Source of the DNA: an uncultured Gammaproteobacteria bacterium
GTDB lineage: Bacteria; Pseudomonadota; Gammaproteobacteria; UBA4575
Assembly: GCA_905479295.1 (NCBI GenBank)
Contig: CAJQLY010000017.1
Span: 12,380 to 76,379, forward strand
DNA: 64,000 bases
Direction: 5' to 3'
The notes beneath the pieces are model-generated. The model made no database searches. It was not told the DNA's origin and saw nothing but the letters and a program-made list of their open reading frames with translations. The stretch's first letter is position 1. Each line of letters begins with the position of its first letter. The translations under genes and the position numbers were made by a program. Shown piece after piece: positions 54,068-63,139 of this stretch.

Positions 54068-54943
54068 TTAATTTTCTAGTTCGCGATGACGAACTATTGT
54101 TCGAAATAAATTATCTTGCTGTAAGAATTTAGCTAGCTGATCAACGCAGTATACTGAGCGGTGTTGTCCACCAGTGCAGCCGATGGAAAATGTAAGATAG
54201 CTACGGTCTTCAGCATTAAAGTATGGAATCCATTGTCGCATAAAAGTTTGAATGGATTTTATCATCTCTATAGTTTCATCTTGTTCACTTAAATATTGCT
54301 GTACTAAGTCGTCGTGACCAGTGAGTTCGCGTAGCTGAGGTTGCCAGTAAGGGTTGGGCAAGCAGCGGACATCAAACATATAGTCAGAATCATTTGGGGT
54401 GCCATATTTAAAGCCAAAAGACTGTAGTACGACTGTTAGTCCAATGGGTGTTATGTTGGAATTATTCTGGATGACGATACTCTGAATCAGGCTACGTAAC
54501 TGTCGTACATTGATCTGGCTGCTATCCAACTGCAGATCAGCGGCAGTGGCTAGCCCAGATAAGGTTTCTATCTCGGTATCGATAGCTTCGATTAGAGAAT
54601 TGTTGTTGTCGCTTAAAGGATGTTTGCGACGTGTCTCACTATATCGTTTTAAGAGCGTGTTTTTGTCGGCATTGATGAACAGCAGATCGACGTGGTGACC
54701 ATCATTCTTCATATCTTTAATAAAGCTGAGTAAATGGTCTAACTCCACTTTTTTGGAATGTGCACTAACACCAATAGCAAGTTGCTCATAACGTGTCTCA
54801 TGAGTAGTCATGCATTGTCTGATTAATTCTGGGAGTAATGCAGTGGGTGCATTGTCGACGCAGTAGTAGCCGTAATCTTCAAAGGTGTTTAACGTGATGG
54901 ATTTGCCCGAGCCTGAAAGGCCGGCAATGAAGATCATCCTCAT
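54068..54943 (-). CDS. rapZ: RNase adapter protein RapZ
   Basis: 291 aa. Walker A GLSGSGKS and C-terminal CTGGQHRSV. Confidence 0.92.
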   Translation of the reverse strand: MRMIFIAGLSGSGKSITLNTFEDYGYYCVDNAPTALLPELIRQCMTTHETRYEQLAIGVSAHSKKVELDHLLSFIKDMKNDGHHVDLLFINADKNTLLKRYSETRRKHPLSDNNNSLIEAIDTEIETLSGLATAADLQLDSSQINVRQLRSLIQSIVIQNNSNITPIGLTVVLQSFGFKYGTPNDSDYMFDVRCLPNPYWQPQLRELTGHDDLVQQYLSEQDETIEMIKSIQTFMRQWIPYFNAEDRSYLTFSIGCTGGQHRSVYCVDQLAKFLQQDNLFRTIVRHRELEN

Positions 54944-55878
54944 CCACGGTCCTCAGCAATAGCTTTATGTTGACGCCGAATGAAATCAGCAGAGGCATCA
55001 TGACCGCTGCGGCGTAGAAGGTGATTACGTACGGCCGCCTCAGCCAGTACAGCAAGGTTTCTTCCTGGGGCCACTGGTAATGGGATTACTGGAATATCTA
55101 AACCAAGAATATTTTTGGTGTCTTGAATGCTATTTAAGCGGTCTTCAGGTGCCTGATTAAATGGTGTTAAATGCAAAATCAGACGCAAATACTTACTTAA
55201 TTTAATCGATGAATCACCATACATCTCTCGGATATTGAGTACCCCTAAACCACGTACTTCCAGAAAATCTAATAATACAGGGGGACATTTTCCGGTGATG
55301 GTATCTGGTGCGACACGCATGAATTCAGGTGCATCATCAGCAATTAAGCGATGACCACGAGTAATTAACTCTAGGGCTAATTCACTTTTGCCTAAGCCGC
55401 TCTCGCCAGTAAGTAATACACCTAGACTGATGATCTCCATAAACACACCATGTAGAATTTCTTTATCTGCAAGAGAGTGTGATAGGAAATAACGCAGGCG
55501 AGTAATCAGTTCAGTTGATGAGGTGTTAGAACAAAAGATAGGCTTTTGGTAACGTTTGGCAAAGCGTTCTAAGCTGGCCGGTGGCTGCAGACTGTCAGAT
55601 ACACAGACAGCTACCGTTGAGGCCGCAAACATGCGGGTTAGGACTTGTTCTTGTTCGGCTTCTGCTAGATTGGAGATATAACTTTTTTCTACGCTGCCAA
55701 TCACCTGCACTTGGCTGGTGTGAATCGAATTAAAATAGCCGACCAGACTAGCGGAGTCATCACTGAAGCTATGGTGAGAAAAGGGGTTATTAAGGTACTC
55801 AGCGCCAGCCCATACGGATAGAGTGAGCTTTTCTCCAAGCGTTTCTAAGATCGATAAAGGGGTGATCTGTTCGTGCAT
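54940..55878 (-). CDS. hprK: HPr kinase/phosphorylase
   Basis: 312 aa. P-loop GESGLGKSE and the LEVRGLG motif. Confidence 0.9.
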   Translation of the reverse strand: MHEQITPLSILETLGEKLTLSVWAGAEYLNNPFSHHSFSDDSASLVGYFNSIHTSQVQVIGSVEKSYISNLAEAEQEQVLTRMFAASTVAVCVSDSLQPPASLERFAKRYQKPIFCSNTSSTELITRLRYFLSHSLADKEILHGVFMEIISLGVLLTGESGLGKSELALELITRGHRLIADDAPEFMRVAPDTITGKCPPVLLDFLEVRGLGVLNIREMYGDSSIKLSKYLRLILHLTPFNQAPEDRLNSIQDTKNILGLDIPVIPLPVAPGRNLAVLAEAAVRNHLLRRSGHDASADFIRRQHKAIAEDRG

Positions 55879-55899
55879 GAAAAGCTCTTGGTGGTTAGG

Positions 55900-56376
55900 T
55901 TAGGCAGCTTGGTGGTTGTTGTCTAGCATTAGGGCATCGAGTAAAGCCTGTGCATTTTGACAATCTCGTAGACGCACCCGATTTTCTTCGTTTGAGAGAA
56001 ATTTGGCTAGCTCAGAGAGGGTTTCTAAATGTTCTTGATTGGCTTGCTGTGGGACTAATAAGGCAAATATAAGATCGACAGGTTTGTTGTCGGGGGCATC
56101 GTATTCAATACCGGTGTCCAATTTAATTATAGCGCTGCGTATCTCTGTGACATTATCGATACGACAATGTGGGATAGCGACACCATGTCCCAAAGCAGTA
56201 CAGCCCAAGCGCTCACGTGCTTGTAGTTCCATACTGATTTGCGTGTCTTGAATCTGCTCCAGCCCAGTGCTTAATAGCTCACCCAAAATCTCAAAGGCTC
56301 GCTTTTGACTACTCATTTCACCACTGACTACGATGCGATCAGTGTCTAAATATGGGGCTAATTTTGAATTTTTCAT
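55900..56376 (-). CDS. ptsN: PTS EIIA-Ntr
   Basis: 158 aa. Active-site region GHGVAIPHCR. Confidence 0.9.
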   Translation of the reverse strand: MKNSKLAPYLDTDRIVVSGEMSSQKRAFEILGELLSTGLEQIQDTQISMELQARERLGCTALGHGVAIPHCRIDNVTEIRSAIIKLDTGIEYDAPDNKPVDLIFALLVPQQANQEHLETLSELAKFLSNEENRVRLRDCQNAQALLDALMLDNNHQAA

Positions 56377-56409
56377 GATTACTCAACAATGGATCTGAAG
56401 CATGTTGGA

Positions 56410-56730
56410 TTACACTAGATTGCGGTGCATGCCTTCCTGCTTATGATGATCTTTGGTTTTCTCTTTATGCTTAACGATCTGGCGGTCGAGTTTATCAATT
56501 AATTGATCGATAGCGGCATACATATCTTCGGATGTTGACTCAGCGAAAATTGTGTTGTGGCTTACCAGTATAGAGGCCTCTGCATGGTGCCTTAGTTTTT
56601 CTACAGAAAGTACAACATGGGAATTAATGACACGGTCAAAATGACGTTCAAGTCGTTTGAATTTTTCGTGCACATAGTCGCGTAGGGAAGGTGTGATATC
56701 GATGTGCTGGCCGGTTAACTCAATTTTCAT
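56410..56730 (-). CDS. hpf: ribosome hibernation promoting factor
   Basis: 106 aa, short HPF/YhbH type, directly downstream of rpoN. Confidence 0.9.
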   Translation of the reverse strand: MKIELTGQHIDITPSLRDYVHEKFKRLERHFDRVINSHVVLSVEKLRHHAEASILVSHNTIFAESTSEDMYAAIDQLIDKLDRQIVKHKEKTKDHHKQEGMHRNLV

Positions 56731-56830
56731 ATCTACCTCCTAGATATCGGGTTAATGATCTACCTGTGATTTCTAGTATAGGCCAGGCATAGGCAAGCGC
56801 AAGTGAGTTTGGATTATGGTTAAGGACTAA

Positions 56831-58273
56831 TTACAGGCTTTTACGTGAACTAGAGGGAGGAATGTGGAGGCCTTCACGGTATTTGGCAACTGTTCGTCGT
56901 GCGACATTAATGCCTTTCTCTTTAAGAATTTTTGAAATTTTGTTGTCGCTCAAGGGTTTTGAGTGACTTTCCTCACCGATGAGTTTTTTAATCATAGCTT
57001 GGATTGCAGTTGCCGAGCAGACACCACCACTACTGGTGCTGACATGGCTGGAAAAAAAGTACTTAAACTCGAATACACCACGTGGTGTATGCATGTACTT
57101 ATTTGTAGTTACACGCGATACGGTTGACTCATGTAGTTCCAGATCATCCGCGATGTCACGTAGCACCATAGGTGTCATGGCTTCCGGACCTTGGTCAAAA
57201 AATGGACGCTGATGATCAACGATGGCGGTAGCTACCCGCAGTAAGGTTTCATTACGATTTTGTAAGCTTTTAATAAACCAGCGCGCCTCTTGTAGGTGTT
57301 TACGAATGTAGTTGTTGGCCTCGTTATTTTCTTTGTTTCCTGCTAGCTCGGCATAAGCATGATTGATTTTTAGCTTTGGTGAGATATCGCTGTTGAGTTC
57401 TATTCGCCAACTACTGGCCGTACGTATTACGCTCACATCAGGTACGATATAATCCGGTCGGACATTAGATATCTGTGCACCGGGGCGAGGATTTAAGGAT
57501 TGGATTAGATTGATGACCAATTCCAGTTGTTCATCTGTAATGCCTAGCTTTCGCTGCAAAAAACGCATATCACGTTTACCCAATGCATCTATATGGTGTT
57601 GGACTAGCTGTCTAGTAACATCAAGTAGGGGTACATCTGTGTCTAGCTGTTGCAATTGTAGGTCTAAGCATTCACTCAAGTCGCGTGAGCCACTACCGAC
57701 AGGGTCCAGCTGTTGTATTAAGTGTAATACTGAAATTAGCTCATCGAGTTCTAGTTCAGGTAAAGACTCTAGTGTTTCTTGGTAAATACTTTCAATGCTG
57801 TCACATAGATAACCATCAGCATCGATTTCATCAATCAGTATGTAGGCTAAAGCACGGTCTGTTTCATTCAGATGGATGAGATTGATCTGATCAGATAAGT
57901 GTTGCTTTAGAGATTCACCAACGCCACTTTCATTGGCATAGATATCAGGTGCAGGTTCACTACTACTACTCTCACGATAGACGCTGGATTCAGGGTAGAT
58001 ATCTTCCCAATTGCTGTCGATTGGTAATTCTTCAGTTAGTGCTTGTTGTTCAGCATCGACTTCTGTTTCGGTGTTATCTAGATCCTTCGTGTCAGTATTA
58101 TCTTCGGTATCAAAATCCTCATCTTTTTCAAGCAAAGGATTGGATTCAAAGATATCTTGGATTTCAGTTTGCAATTCTAATGAGGAAAGCTGCAGTAAGC
58201 GAATCGCTTGTTGCAGTTGTGGCGTAATCGAGAGTGATTGTCCAAGGCGAAGTTGCAGAGAAGGCTTTAACAT
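56831..58273 (-). CDS. rpoN: RNA polymerase sigma-54
   Basis: 480 aa. N-terminal Q/L-rich region I, acidic region II, and the RpoN box ARRTVAKYR. Confidence 0.95.
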   Translation of the reverse strand: MLKPSLQLRLGQSLSITPQLQQAIRLLQLSSLELQTEIQDIFESNPLLEKDEDFDTEDNTDTKDLDNTETEVDAEQQALTEELPIDSNWEDIYPESSVYRESSSSEPAPDIYANESGVGESLKQHLSDQINLIHLNETDRALAYILIDEIDADGYLCDSIESIYQETLESLPELELDELISVLHLIQQLDPVGSGSRDLSECLDLQLQQLDTDVPLLDVTRQLVQHHIDALGKRDMRFLQRKLGITDEQLELVINLIQSLNPRPGAQISNVRPDYIVPDVSVIRTASSWRIELNSDISPKLKINHAYAELAGNKENNEANNYIRKHLQEARWFIKSLQNRNETLLRVATAIVDHQRPFFDQGPEAMTPMVLRDIADDLELHESTVSRVTTNKYMHTPRGVFEFKYFFSSHVSTSSGGVCSATAIQAMIKKLIGEESHSKPLSDNKISKILKEKGINVARRTVAKYREGLHIPPSSSRKSL

Positions 58274-58353
58274 AGTGTCAGTATGGCTTGATTACTGCCT
58301 GCAGGTATAGTTTAAATTACTGCTTTTGTATAGAGAGTTACATACTGCTACTG

Positions 58354-59079
58354 CTAGAGAGAGAAGTCGTTACCTAGGTAAACCTCGCGGACTTGTTGAT
58401 TGGCGAGTAGTTCCGTAGTTGAGCCCTGCGCTATAATTTTTCCTTGATTAAGGATGTAAGCGCTAGAACAAATGGATAACGTTTCACGCACATTATGATC
58501 GGTTATTAGTAAACCAATACCACGTTCAGTTAGCTGCTTTAGTAGACGCTGAATATCGATAACTGAGATAGGATCTACACCAGCAAAAGGCTCATCTAGC
58601 AGAATAAACTTAGGCTCCATTGCCAACGCACGTGCAATTTCTACACGACGACGTTCACCACCAGAAAGGCTGAGGCCTTTGTTGTGACGGATATGGTCAA
58701 CCTGTAACTCTTGCAGTAATTTTTCACAGTAGTTATGGCGCTCTTCCTTAGATAGGCCTTTACGCAACTCTAGGATGGCTAGGATATTATCTTCTACCGA
58801 GAGCCCACGAAAAACAGAGGCCTCTTGTGGTAGGTAACCTACACCTTCTAATGCACGTTGGTGCATAGCTGTGCCAGTGAGATCGATATCATCGAGACCT
58901 ATGCTGCCAGAATCAGTAGGAATTAATCCGGCTAACATATAGAAGCTTGTGGTTTTGCCAGCACCATTCGGTCCGAGTAGGCCGACAATTTGGCCACTTT
59001 CGATGCTGATATTGACATCTTGAACAACTTGTCGTTGCTTATATTTTTTGCATAGGCCTGTGGCCCAAAGCCGACTCAT
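58354..59079 (-). CDS. lptB: LPS export ABC ATPase
   Basis: 241 aa. [17 protein letters not shown] and ILLDEPFAG. Confidence 0.93.
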   Translation of the reverse strand: MSRLWATGLCKKYKQRQVVQDVNISIESGQIVGLLGPNGAGKTTSFYMLAGLIPTDSGSIGLDDIDLTGTAMHQRALEGVGYLPQEASVFRGLSVEDNILAILELRKGLSKEERHNYCEKLLQELQVDHIRHNKGLSLSGGERRRVEIARALAMEPKFILLDEPFAGVDPISVIDIQRLLKQLTERGIGLLITDHNVRETLSICSSAYILNQGKIIAQGSTTELLANQQVREVYLGNDFSL

Positions 59080-59092
59080 ACTAGGCCTTTAG

Positions 59093-59596
59093 TTAAGGTG
59101 TGTTGGGTTGTGTATCGGGCATGATGGTGATGTTGACGCGATCGGTCTTAGTGCCAGCATCAATCAGGCCATCTTCTAGATAATAAATAATGTGTTCGCT
59201 ATGAAATACATTATCGTTTTCAGTAATCTTGCCGCGACGAAACAGTTCAACTCGATCCTCAAGTTTGTAAAAATGCATCTCTTCTGCTTCAGAGAACAAG
59301 ATATCACCATCATCTGCCGTCTCTTGGTAGGTCGCAAGTTCACCTAGGGAAATCATTTTGCTGACTTTGCGCTCTAGCATGAATACGGTTACGGTATCGC
59401 CGGTGATGATGGTCGTGCCTTGAACCATTCTTACATTGCCACGATAAATACTAATACCAGTCTTGTCGTTCAGTTCAGCTGTATCTGCTGTGATATGAAG
59501 AGGTTGCTCACTATCATCACTACGTGCATGGACTTGTCCTAAGCCAAGCATAAGGCTGAGTAGTATTGGAAGACTAAATATTTGCTGCTTGATCAT
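59093..59596 (-). CDS. lptA: LPS transport periplasmic protein
   Basis: 167 aa. Signal peptide ..GQVHA and an OstA-like repeat pattern (PLHITADTAEL..G.V...QG...I.GD.V). Confidence 0.85.
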   Translation of the reverse strand: MIKQQIFSLPILLSLMLGLGQVHARSDDSEQPLHITADTAELNDKTGISIYRGNVRMVQGTTIITGDTVTVFMLERKVSKMISLGELATYQETADDGDILFSEAEEMHFYKLEDRVELFRRGKITENDNVFHSEHIIYYLEDGLIDAGTKTDRVNITIMPDTQPNTP

Positions 59597-59689
59597 GGGG
59601 TTGATTGTTTCTCTGCTACATTGGTTTTGAATCTACAATCTGTTCACCTTACGCTAGGGGTTGTGCTAAATCTAGAGCACTTAATCCAG

Positions 59690-60220
59690 TTATAGATTGT
59701 ACTCTAAGGCCTCATCCAGGCTTCCTTGGGCGGAGAGTATGAGCTCACAAATCTCACGCACTGCACCATGTCCCCCTTTTTCTTGAGTTACATAATCGGC
59801 GTGTTTGCAAACCATGGGATGGGCATCATTTACGGCGAAGCCTATAGCAGACTTACGTATTGGTCCTAAGTCGACAATATCATCGCCGATATAAGCAACT
59901 TGGTCTGCGGTTAGCTGCTTGCGTGCAAGTAACTCATCAAATACTGAGAGTTTGTCGATATGGCCTTGCAGTATGTCTGCATCTTGTAGGCCTAACTCAC
60001 GCATGCGAATTGTCACTGCGTTGGACTTGCGTCCAGATAAGACAGCAGCATCAACACCATAATGCATTAGTAGACGGACACCATGGCCATCACGCACATG
60101 GAAGGTTTTACTTTCTTCGCCAGATTGACTGAGTGAGATGCGACCATCAGTAAAGACACCATCGACATCAAAAACCACAAGCTTGATTTGTTTTAAGCGT
60201 TGTTTCAGCTCGGCCTGCAT
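59690..60220 (-). CDS. kdsC: KDO 8-phosphate phosphatase
   Basis: 176 aa. HAD motif FDVDGVFTDG. Confidence 0.92.
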   Translation of the reverse strand: MQAELKQRLKQIKLVVFDVDGVFTDGRISLSQSGEESKTFHVRDGHGVRLLMHYGVDAAVLSGRKSNAVTIRMRELGLQDADILQGHIDKLSVFDELLARKQLTADQVAYIGDDIVDLGPIRKSAIGFAVNDAHPMVCKHADYVTQEKGGHGAVREICELILSAQGSLDEALEYNL

Positions 60221-61206
60221 TAGATTACTCCTGCATTTAATAGATCGTGCATGCTAAGTGCACCAATTAGCGTTGTCTGTTCATTGACGACTGGAATCGA
60301 GCTGATACGTTTTGATTGCATTAGTTCAAGTACATCCACTGCTAATACCTCGGCATGGGTACATTGATAGTCTGTAGTCATGACATCTTGCATTTTAGTC
60401 TGGTCAATATTTAGACCTCGATCCAGTGCGCGGCGTAGATCACCATCAGTAAAGACAGCGATTAGACGATCATCTTTTTCTACGATTGCAGTCATGCCTA
60501 AGCCCTTATTACTGACTTCTAATAATCCCTGTTTTAGTGACATCTCGGCGCTGACTTTTGGAATTTGGTTGCCGCTACGCATAATATCTTGTACCCGTAG
60601 CGTCAATCGTTTACCGAGTTTCCCACCCGGGTGAGAGCGGGCAAAATCATTCTTATCAAAACCACGTGCATCGAGTAGGGCAATCGCGAGAGCATCACCC
60701 ATAACTAAAGTGGCTGTTGTGCTGGTAGTAGGTGCTAGCCCCAGTGGACAGGCCTCCTCTCGTACTGAAACATCGATATGAATATCTGCATTTTTAGAAA
60801 TAGTCGATGTTGGATTTCCAGTGAGGGCAATCAGGGGTGTGCCCAGTTGTTTCAGTGATGTAATCAGGCTGACTAGTTCATCTGACTCGCCTGAGTTAGA
60901 TAAGAGTAATACGATATCTCCGCGACAAATCATACCGAGGTCACCGTGGCTAGCCTCGGCTGCGCTAACAAAAAATGCGGGGGTACCAGTGCTGGCCATA
61001 GTGGCTGCAATCTTGCGTCCTATATGTCCTGATTTTCCAATCCCAACAATAATCACACGACCGTCCGTCTCTAGCATGAGACTACATGCTTTGGTGAAAT
61101 TATCATCAACCTGCTCGACTAGGTCTTCAAGCGCAGAGGCTTGAGTTTGTATTACCTGTTTTGCGAGCAGCAGGGTTTTATTGGGGTCACTGAGTGTCAT
61201 GATCAC
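60220..61206 (-). CDS. kdsD: arabinose-5-phosphate isomerase
   Basis: 328 aa. SIS domain GIGKSGHIGRK plus a C-terminal CBS pair. Confidence 0.93.
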   Translation of the reverse strand: MIMTLSDPNKTLLLAKQVIQTQASALEDLVEQVDDNFTKACSLMLETDGRVIIVGIGKSGHIGRKIAATMASTGTPAFFVSAAEASHGDLGMICRGDIVLLLSNSGESDELVSLITSLKQLGTPLIALTGNPTSTISKNADIHIDVSVREEACPLGLAPTTSTTATLVMGDALAIALLDARGFDKNDFARSHPGGKLGKRLTLRVQDIMRSGNQIPKVSAEMSLKQGLLEVSNKGLGMTAIVEKDDRLIAVFTDGDLRRALDRGLNIDQTKMQDVMTTDYQCTHAEVLAVDVLELMQSKRISSIPVVNEQTTLIGALSMHDLLNAGVI

Positions 61207-62153
61207 GTTCCACTGGTTTCAATGTAGAGCAGAGTTTGAAAGGCGATAAAGCCAAGTAACAGAATAACGCCACCGACACGGTAAATGCCACGACTTCTTA
61301 GTGCGAATAAACTCATAAGGAACAGTACCAGCATACTGAGTAATACCGCAGGGTAATCTCTATATAAGACTTCGTCGGCCACTGGGTAGGTCTGCAGTAT
61401 CGCTGGAATACCCACTACGGCCATGGAGTTAAAGAGGTTTGAACCAACCACATTACCAATGGCTAGTTCACTATGACCTTTTCGCGCTGCGTTCACCGAG
61501 GCTGCGAGTTCTGGCAGACTGGTGCCGATAGCGATGATACTAAGACCAATCACAAGGTCAGGGATATTGAAATATTCCGCCATATCGACAGCACTGATGA
61601 CCAATATTTTTGAGCCAACCAAGAGGCAGAATAGGCTGAATAGGGTCCAAGCGATCGCTTTAGCTTGCGTATAAGCAGGGATCTCAAGTGCAGAGAGTGA
61701 GGCAGTACGCATCGCAACATAGCTTAATGCAGCCAGTGCAATAATTAGGACGACTAACAATAAAATGCCATCAGTATGATCGAGCTGGCCATCTTTGAGC
61801 ACCAGCCAAAGCGCTATAGTAGCTAGTAGCAGTACTGGGAAATCAAAGCTGACGGTACGTTTGATCACGACTAAGGGGGTAATAATGGCGGTGACACCTA
61901 GAATCAGCAAGGTGTTTGCAATATTTGAGCCCAAGGCATTGCCAAGTGCCAGACCACCATTACCATCGACGGCAGCCATGCCAGAGATGAATAATTCAGG
62001 TGCCGAGGTGCCAAAGCCAATAATGACGATGCCAATGACGATGGGTGGAATGCGAAAATGATGTGATAAGGCGATCGATCCGTCTACGAAACGGTCAGCA
62101 CTCCAAACTAGTATGGCTAGACCAATAATAAGCCCAGCTAAAATAACCAACAT
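61203..62153 (-). CDS. Ca2+/Na+ antiporter family membrane protein (YrbG-like)
   Basis: 316 aa. Duplicated alpha-repeat motifs GTSAPEL and GTSLPEL. 4-nt overlap with kdsD. Confidence 0.85.
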   Translation of the reverse strand: MLVILAGLIIGLAILVWSADRFVDGSIALSHHFRIPPIVIGIVIIGFGTSAPELFISGMAAVDGNGGLALGNALGSNIANTLLILGVTAIITPLVVIKRTVSFDFPVLLLATIALWLVLKDGQLDHTDGILLLVVLIIALAALSYVAMRTASLSALEIPAYTQAKAIAWTLFSLFCLLVGSKILVISAVDMAEYFNIPDLVIGLSIIAIGTSLPELAASVNAARKGHSELAIGNVVGSNLFNSMAVVGIPAILQTYPVADEVLYRDYPAVLLSMLVLFLMSLFALRSRGIYRVGGVILLLGFIAFQTLLYIETSGT

Positions 62154-62276
62154 ATTTAAACCTATAGTCTATTGAGATCGCTTAAAATTCGGTGAATAAC
62201 GCATCCTGACACCAATTCACTAGTGATAGGGTAGGCTTGTTTAATTCACAGTTGCCATCAGTGCGCGTATTATGGC

Positions 62277-62305
62277 AAAAAACCACGACGCGTGTACGCG
62301 TGTGG
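62277..62305 (-). terminator. strong intrinsic-terminator-like hairpin in the leader of yrbG, with no upstream minus-strand gene
   Basis: The minus-strand RNA reads CCACACGCG-UACA-CGCGU(C)GUGG followed by U6. On the + strand it also reads as a tandem ACGCGTGT x2. Confidence 0.5.
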
Positions 62306-62416
62306 CGTTAAACTTACTAATCTAGAATTGAGCTCCTAGCTCGGTCGTTCATTCGTCAATATGCTTGAGTTTAGGGCTAGATTGCTACCAATTATTAGGA
62401 ATATCAGGAATCTGTT

Positions 62417-63034
62417 ATGAAAATTACTGCCACTATTTCACTACTCTGTAGTCTGCTCTTGAGCGCTAATGCCAGTGCAGATTCACGCACGCCAGAGCAA
62501 ATTATCGAGCAGACCTCAAGTGAGGTACTGACTATTGTGAATCAGCAGGCGGATCGTATTCGTAATGAAGCCGGTTATGTGAATACAGTCGTTGATGAGT
62601 TAATCCTACCGATTATTGATTTACAGTCGATGGGTAAACTGATTTTAGGTAAGCACTGGAAAAGCGCTACAAGTGGACAACAACAGCGCTTTATTGATGA
62701 GTTTAAATCAATGCTAGTACGCACCTATGCTAAGTCGATCGCTGATTATGGTCACGCTAAAGTGACTATTATGCGGGATGTGAAACAAAAATCGAAGAAA
62801 TTCCATATGGTGCATACCGAGCTTGATCTAGGTTCAGGCGCACCCCTGAAGGTGACTTATGTCTTTCGTCAGAAAGACTCAGCATGGCGAGTCTTTGACT
62901 TGGCCGTTGATGGGCTCAGCTTAGTCAAAAACTTTCGCAGTAGTTTTGACCAAGAGATTAGTGAGACTTCACTTCAGGCCTTGATTGAGCGTATTGCCAA
63001 TACAAATAGCGAGGCTGCTACGTCGTCCACTTAG
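62417..63034 (+). CDS. mlaC: phospholipid-binding periplasmic protein MlaC (Ttg2D)
   Basis: 205 aa. Signal peptide ..ANASA. ILGKHWKSATSGQQQRFIDEF and WRVFDLAVDGLSLVKNFRSSF are typical of MlaC. Confidence 0.85.
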   Translation: MKITATISLLCSLLLSANASADSRTPEQIIEQTSSEVLTIVNQQADRIRNEAGYVNTVVDELILPIIDLQSMGKLILGKHWKSATSGQQQRFIDEFKSMLVRTYAKSIADYGHAKVTIMRDVKQKSKKFHMVHTELDLGSGAPLKVTYVFRQKDSAWRVFDLAVDGLSLVKNFRSSFDQEISETSLQALIERIANTNSEAATSST

Positions 63035-63139
63035 GATTGGCTTGGGTAGTTTAAGGTGTTGGCAGTTAGTTGTTATTAATGACAGCTGTTATTAAATCCA
63101 CTATTAGCTTGAACAGCGGCCCTAGCTAGCAATCAATTT

